DNA of 64,000 nucleotides, from assembly GCF_009914755.1 (NCBI RefSeq), contig NC_060928.1. One strand, written 5' to 3'. This document shows, one piece after another, positions 59,261 to 64,000 of this stretch. Under the pieces are notes generated by a model, which had not been told where the DNA came from, searched no databases, and saw only the letters and a list, made by a program, of their open reading frames with translations. The stretch's first letter is position 1. The number at the start of each line of letters is the position of its first letter. The position numbers and the translations under genes are program-made. The DNA comes from the human T2T-CHM13v2.0 reference genome, Homo sapiens.

Positions 59261-59689
59261 ATTCCAATTATGATGTTAGCATTGGGCATATGGCCTCAGG
59301 TGCTTCTGTCTTGAGGCTGTATTGCTTGATTTCACATAGTCACTTCTGTGGGGTTTAGGACACAGAACACAGAGTATCATCTGCTGTGAGGTTCTTTGTG
59401 TTTCCTCACTCTTGGAGAGACACACTCCTGAGAATTTATGTCTATCCTAAATTACTAGAGGTAGGGTGGGGGTGGGGACCAGAAGGCTGACATCTGCTCA
59501 GCGTCATTGTTACTGTTAGGTGCGGTATTTAGGAAGGTCAAGTTAAGAATTTCTCCTTTTACTACATGGGATCATATGTTTATAATTTTATGCTTATTTT
59601 TATGGGAAACACAATATATTGTCTTGGCTAAACTGACCAGTTGATGACAATGGAATGGATTTAAAATTTCTAAACGACAGGTTGTTAAT

Positions 59690-59812
59690 GGCTAAGTGCT
59701 TTTAAGCAAGCCTCTTAGATTCCCTGAACCTCTGTTTCCTCATGTGTAAAATGGAGATGTAAGTGCACCTATATATATTATTACTGGGAGGATTAAATGA
59801 AGTGATGGATGT
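59690..59812 (+). mobile_element. MIR SINE
   Basis: ctgaacctctgtttcctcatgtgtaaaatggagatg...gggaggattaaatga. Confidence 0.75.
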
Positions 59813-60375
59813 GATCAGACACCTCGACAAACCACTTCAGATCCCCCAGCTCACCTTCTTCCTGTTCCAGCTGTGATCAGTTCTGTGCAGGTGCAGCAGC
59901 TGGAAGGGAATCAACTTTACAAAAGCACAACTTCACAGCCCTTCACCCTAGGGCCTGTGCCAAATGCATTTCGCTGTTTGCCCTAGGCATTTCTTTTTGA
60001 TGCTGGGGAGGGGACGCTGTGGGATACTGCTCAGGGCTCACACATGAATGGCCCAGAAACGTGGGGGCAGTAATGAGATCTATGGTGAACTCCGGCAATT
60101 GGAAGATGGGGTGGAGGATACAATCTTCTCTTTTCTCTTCCTGTACAGACTGTGCTGAGATGCAGTTACAAAGCTTTTGGAAGGATGATGCAGTGAGATT
60201 AGGCAATTAGTTACACTTTGAGGTGACCAGCCGGTAATGCATCCTCTGCATCCTCCTACAGGGCTTTCCCTCGTTGCTTCTTAATTGCCTTTGTCCCTCA
60301 CTGTTGCTCTTTGGGATTGTACTCCTTAATACAATAGCAGTCCATAAACTTTTGCCTCAGCCTTTGCTTTCTGAC
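59812..60375. mobile_element. ERVL LTR16-like LTR
   Basis: GC-richer block ending ataaacttttgcctcagcctttgctttctg, similar to recalled LTR16-family ends. Confidence 0.5.
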
Positions 60376-62869
60376 AGAATGTAAGGTGTTTCATTCAGTG
60401 GTTGGTTCCAAATATGTGCTGAATGTTTTGTTTTATTGTAAACTAAGACCAATAGGTTAGTAATTGCCAATGTTGATGAAAATAAATACAGGTAAAATTT
60501 CCTTTTCCAAATTCTGTGGTCACTTTCAGAAGACAATACAAAGTCATATAACAAAGGATGTTCTTATCTAATACTGTATATACCTAGATACATTTTATGT
60601 CTAATAGGAAACTTTTAACAGTACCTTAGAAGTAATAACTTATATTTGACTTACAGTATTTTTACTCAAAGCAGGCCAGAAACCATTATTCACCATGGTC
60701 ACAAGCCCTCCACAGATACCACACTGGTAAAAAATATTTTTAATGAAGTTCTTAAGTGGAATGTTCCCCCTGCAAAATTAACTATCTGTCTTAGAGTGAC
60801 ATGTGCATTTATGCATGAACTACCAAAGTGGTAAAACCAAGAAAAATCCTGGTGGTTAATGCTAACTAGGAAGTCTACAATGGTGAATACTATGTGAGAA
60901 CCAATATACCTCCCCTTTTACATTGGCTCATTAGTATGAAGAAGAGTTCCAGGGTGAAGTTTGTAAACTTATTTTCTGGTCTACCTTAGATTTCCTTTTT
61001 AAAGGCTCTTTAAATTTCAGGTCCTTTCTTTTAAGATTCTTTTTAATTTCTATGAACAACCATATATTGTCCTGAATATTAATATTAGAGGACTACCCTG
61101 GTCTGGGAAATCCATTTTGAAACAAACATAATGCTTATTTGTATTTTTTGATACATGTAGTTTCTTTCCTTGTGATGAGATGTTTACCAATTTTTTCCCC
61201 TGAAATATTCTTTCAGTTTAAAAGACATACACCTTTTTCTCTAAACTGAAAAGAATTTCTTTTTTCACAGTTACATATTTAGTTGATAGTGTGTTGCTTA
61301 TTCTCACTAACTGCTTTATAAATATTCTCCAGTTATTTTAGAGACACATGTTTGGAGTTTTCTAACAATGCTCTTTAATGATAGAGATCATACAATTTCT
61401 CTTGTGTGTTCTACAAACTTCCTAGGGTAGTGCCTACCATAACCATGTTAGGGTAATTCATTTTTGTGAAGGTCTAATGAAGACCTTTTTGTTTTTCTAA
61501 ATAAATGAACTGACGTATGTCTCAATATTTTCCTTATCAACAGAAGACATAATTAGCTGCATTTTAATGCTAAACAAGCATAACCTATTGTTTGGGAGGA
61601 TCATGATTGTTTTTTAAAGTCATGTTACAAAGTGCAAAGATGACTTTGTCAAGCAGAGTGGTAAGAGCTGTGTGTTGTTAGTAATTGTAAAGGAATAAAG
61701 CCCTGCCAGTGCAGGCAACAGAAAAGCTGCCAAAGCTGAAAAGTACCTGGCTAGGTTTTAAAGGACAGGAATACAATACTCTTACTAAGACACACTTTAT
61801 AAAGTCCAATTCACAGCCAAGGAAAACAGCTTTTGGAGCTTTTGGGTGTCCATAAACAGCTAGATGAATGCAAAGAAGCCAAAACCAGGGATGAGTAGGG
61901 TATTTAAACGCTCAACTTGCTCAGCTGCCACAGTGTCCTCCCCACCCACCAAGGCACTGGCACAAAAAGTACCAAGGAACGCCCTACATGTTTGTGATTT
62001 ATGGAAAATCTACACATGGACGACAAAGAAAAAAAATGAAGTATGCATTCAGTTGTTGTATTGTAAATTATGAAAAATATCTGGCTCATTTTCTGAAGGC
62101 AATCCTATTACATGATGCTAGAGAAAAAGGGAGGATGGTCCAGTATCAACCCTCAGATAATGTGTTGTGGTCATTCAAGTCTTAGGCGACAATTGCTCAC
62201 TGATAAGCCAGTTCAAGCATTTTCTTAGCCAAGATACTTCATAAACCTTGCCAAGAGAAAAGGGCATGTGGCAGTAAGTTGTAAAGTGATAAAAAGCAGA
62301 CATGGGTGGAAAATATTTTATCAAGAAAGATAAAATAAAGAAATTATATGGATATGATAACAGCACAACAAAGAATATTTTATAGAAAAAATCTTGTAAT
62401 GTTGCCAACTACTAAGGCAAAATGAATGAAGAGCAAATGGGTTGTATTTCAAACACATACCATTACACTGAGCAACAGTAACATTTTACTACCCGAGTCA
62501 CATTTTTTGACTGATGCAATAAAATTTGCAATATTCAAAGAAAAACATAGGATTTATATCTTTTTTAACTTCAATTTTAAAAATGGATTTTATGGTTAAC
62601 AATGCAATAAAAAAGGTTTTGAAATGTTTTGAATCGTGTTATAGTTCTGAGGAAGCACCACACTATTAACAACCAAAGCAGAAATATGGAGTTTCCTATG
62701 GTTGTTAGACTATTAGATAATCCTAGCACGCTTTTAATGGAGAGATTTTATACTATAATACTTCAATAATTATTATATTTAAATGGTTCATAGTAATTAG
62801 AATAGTCTAGCAAGGCTTCATGGATCATAAATTGGGAATGTTTTCTATGATTCAGAGACTTTCTTCTAA

Positions 62870-63304
<435 letters not shown>

Positions 63305-63937
63305 CTCATCTTCTTATCTTTTGTTTGCTTGAGACTATTGTGGTTAGAGAACTCAGCAAAAGAGAACTTAGATTCTGGGTAGTAAGTAGAACATTTTTCT
63401 TTTTTTTAAGAAGTCAAAACTGAAAGCTAGTATAGCAATCCTATTACCACATCTAAATCCTCTAAACTCAATGGATCACTCTATTTGAACAGTTTTTTAA
63501 AAATTAAATATAATCATCTGTTAAGCAGAGGTAAATTTCTTCCCTTCCTGCCACTCTTGTGTGTGCTGAGAGATAGAGCAATAAAAACATTAATTTTTTT
63601 AAAAGCGGAATTTTACAATATCTTTGGAAAGGCTTTCTGACTCCACAGTTTTGCCTTTGCTTTGGGAATAAATTTTGCTTTCAGCATTATTCTAACCAGA
63701 AATTATTCTGCTAAGCAGAATTCTGTAACAGAGTAAGCCCTGGAAGTTGCTTGCTGCACTCATAATTTCAGAGTTTTCCAAGAGTTCTTCAGGCACAGCC
63801 CAGCACATCAACTCAACATGTTTCTAGATGTATATTTATTTTGGTGCATGGTGGTTCTAAAACAAAAGCCAAAATACACTGTTAACTGGTCCACAATAAT
63901 GTACTTTCTAAGGAAGTTTTATTTGCACTTGAATATC

Positions 63938-64000
63938 TTTTTTTTTTTTTTTTTTTTTTTCTGTCACCAGGCTGGAGTGCAGTAGCACGATCTTGGCTCA
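63938..64000 (-). mobile_element. Alu 3' end, cut off by the window end
   Basis: Poly-T followed by ctgtcaccaggctggagtgcagtagcacgatcttggctca. Confidence 0.9.

Noticed and set aside
59458-59477. G-rich run as a G-quadruplex
   Set aside because: Only three tracts of three or more Gs, so weak support.
61208-61255. Short inverted repeat tttcagttta...taaactgaaa
   Set aside because: Short, AT-rich and within chance expectation.

Overview
This is AT-rich, repeat-laden primate (probably hominoid) genomic DNA that reads as intronic or intergenic. I can support no intact protein-coding gene, RNA gene or CRISPR array. Every ORF with recognisable similarity is a broken LINE-1 ORF2 fragment or an Alu read-through. 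The window holds two young L1PA4/5-like insertions with target-site duplications (TSDs), older L1s, five Alus, a THE1 solo LTR, MER1A/MER20/MER5 DNA transposons, ERVL-type LTRs, L2/MIR relics and microsatellites. Four structures go beyond routine repeat annotation. (1) A ~305-bp, ~97%-identical inverted duplication of apparently unique DNA (28547-28853 / 29653-29957), with its left arm inside a long TA-rich palindromic array. (2) A ~105-bp templated copy of nearby DNA inserted into an L1MB. (3) A twin-primed L1 carrying a short 3' transduction. (4) Variants shared by the two young L1 copies that differ from the consensus as I recall it. I found no evidence of a new gene system. Subfamily names come from recalled consensus sequences and need RepeatMasker/Dfam confirmation.
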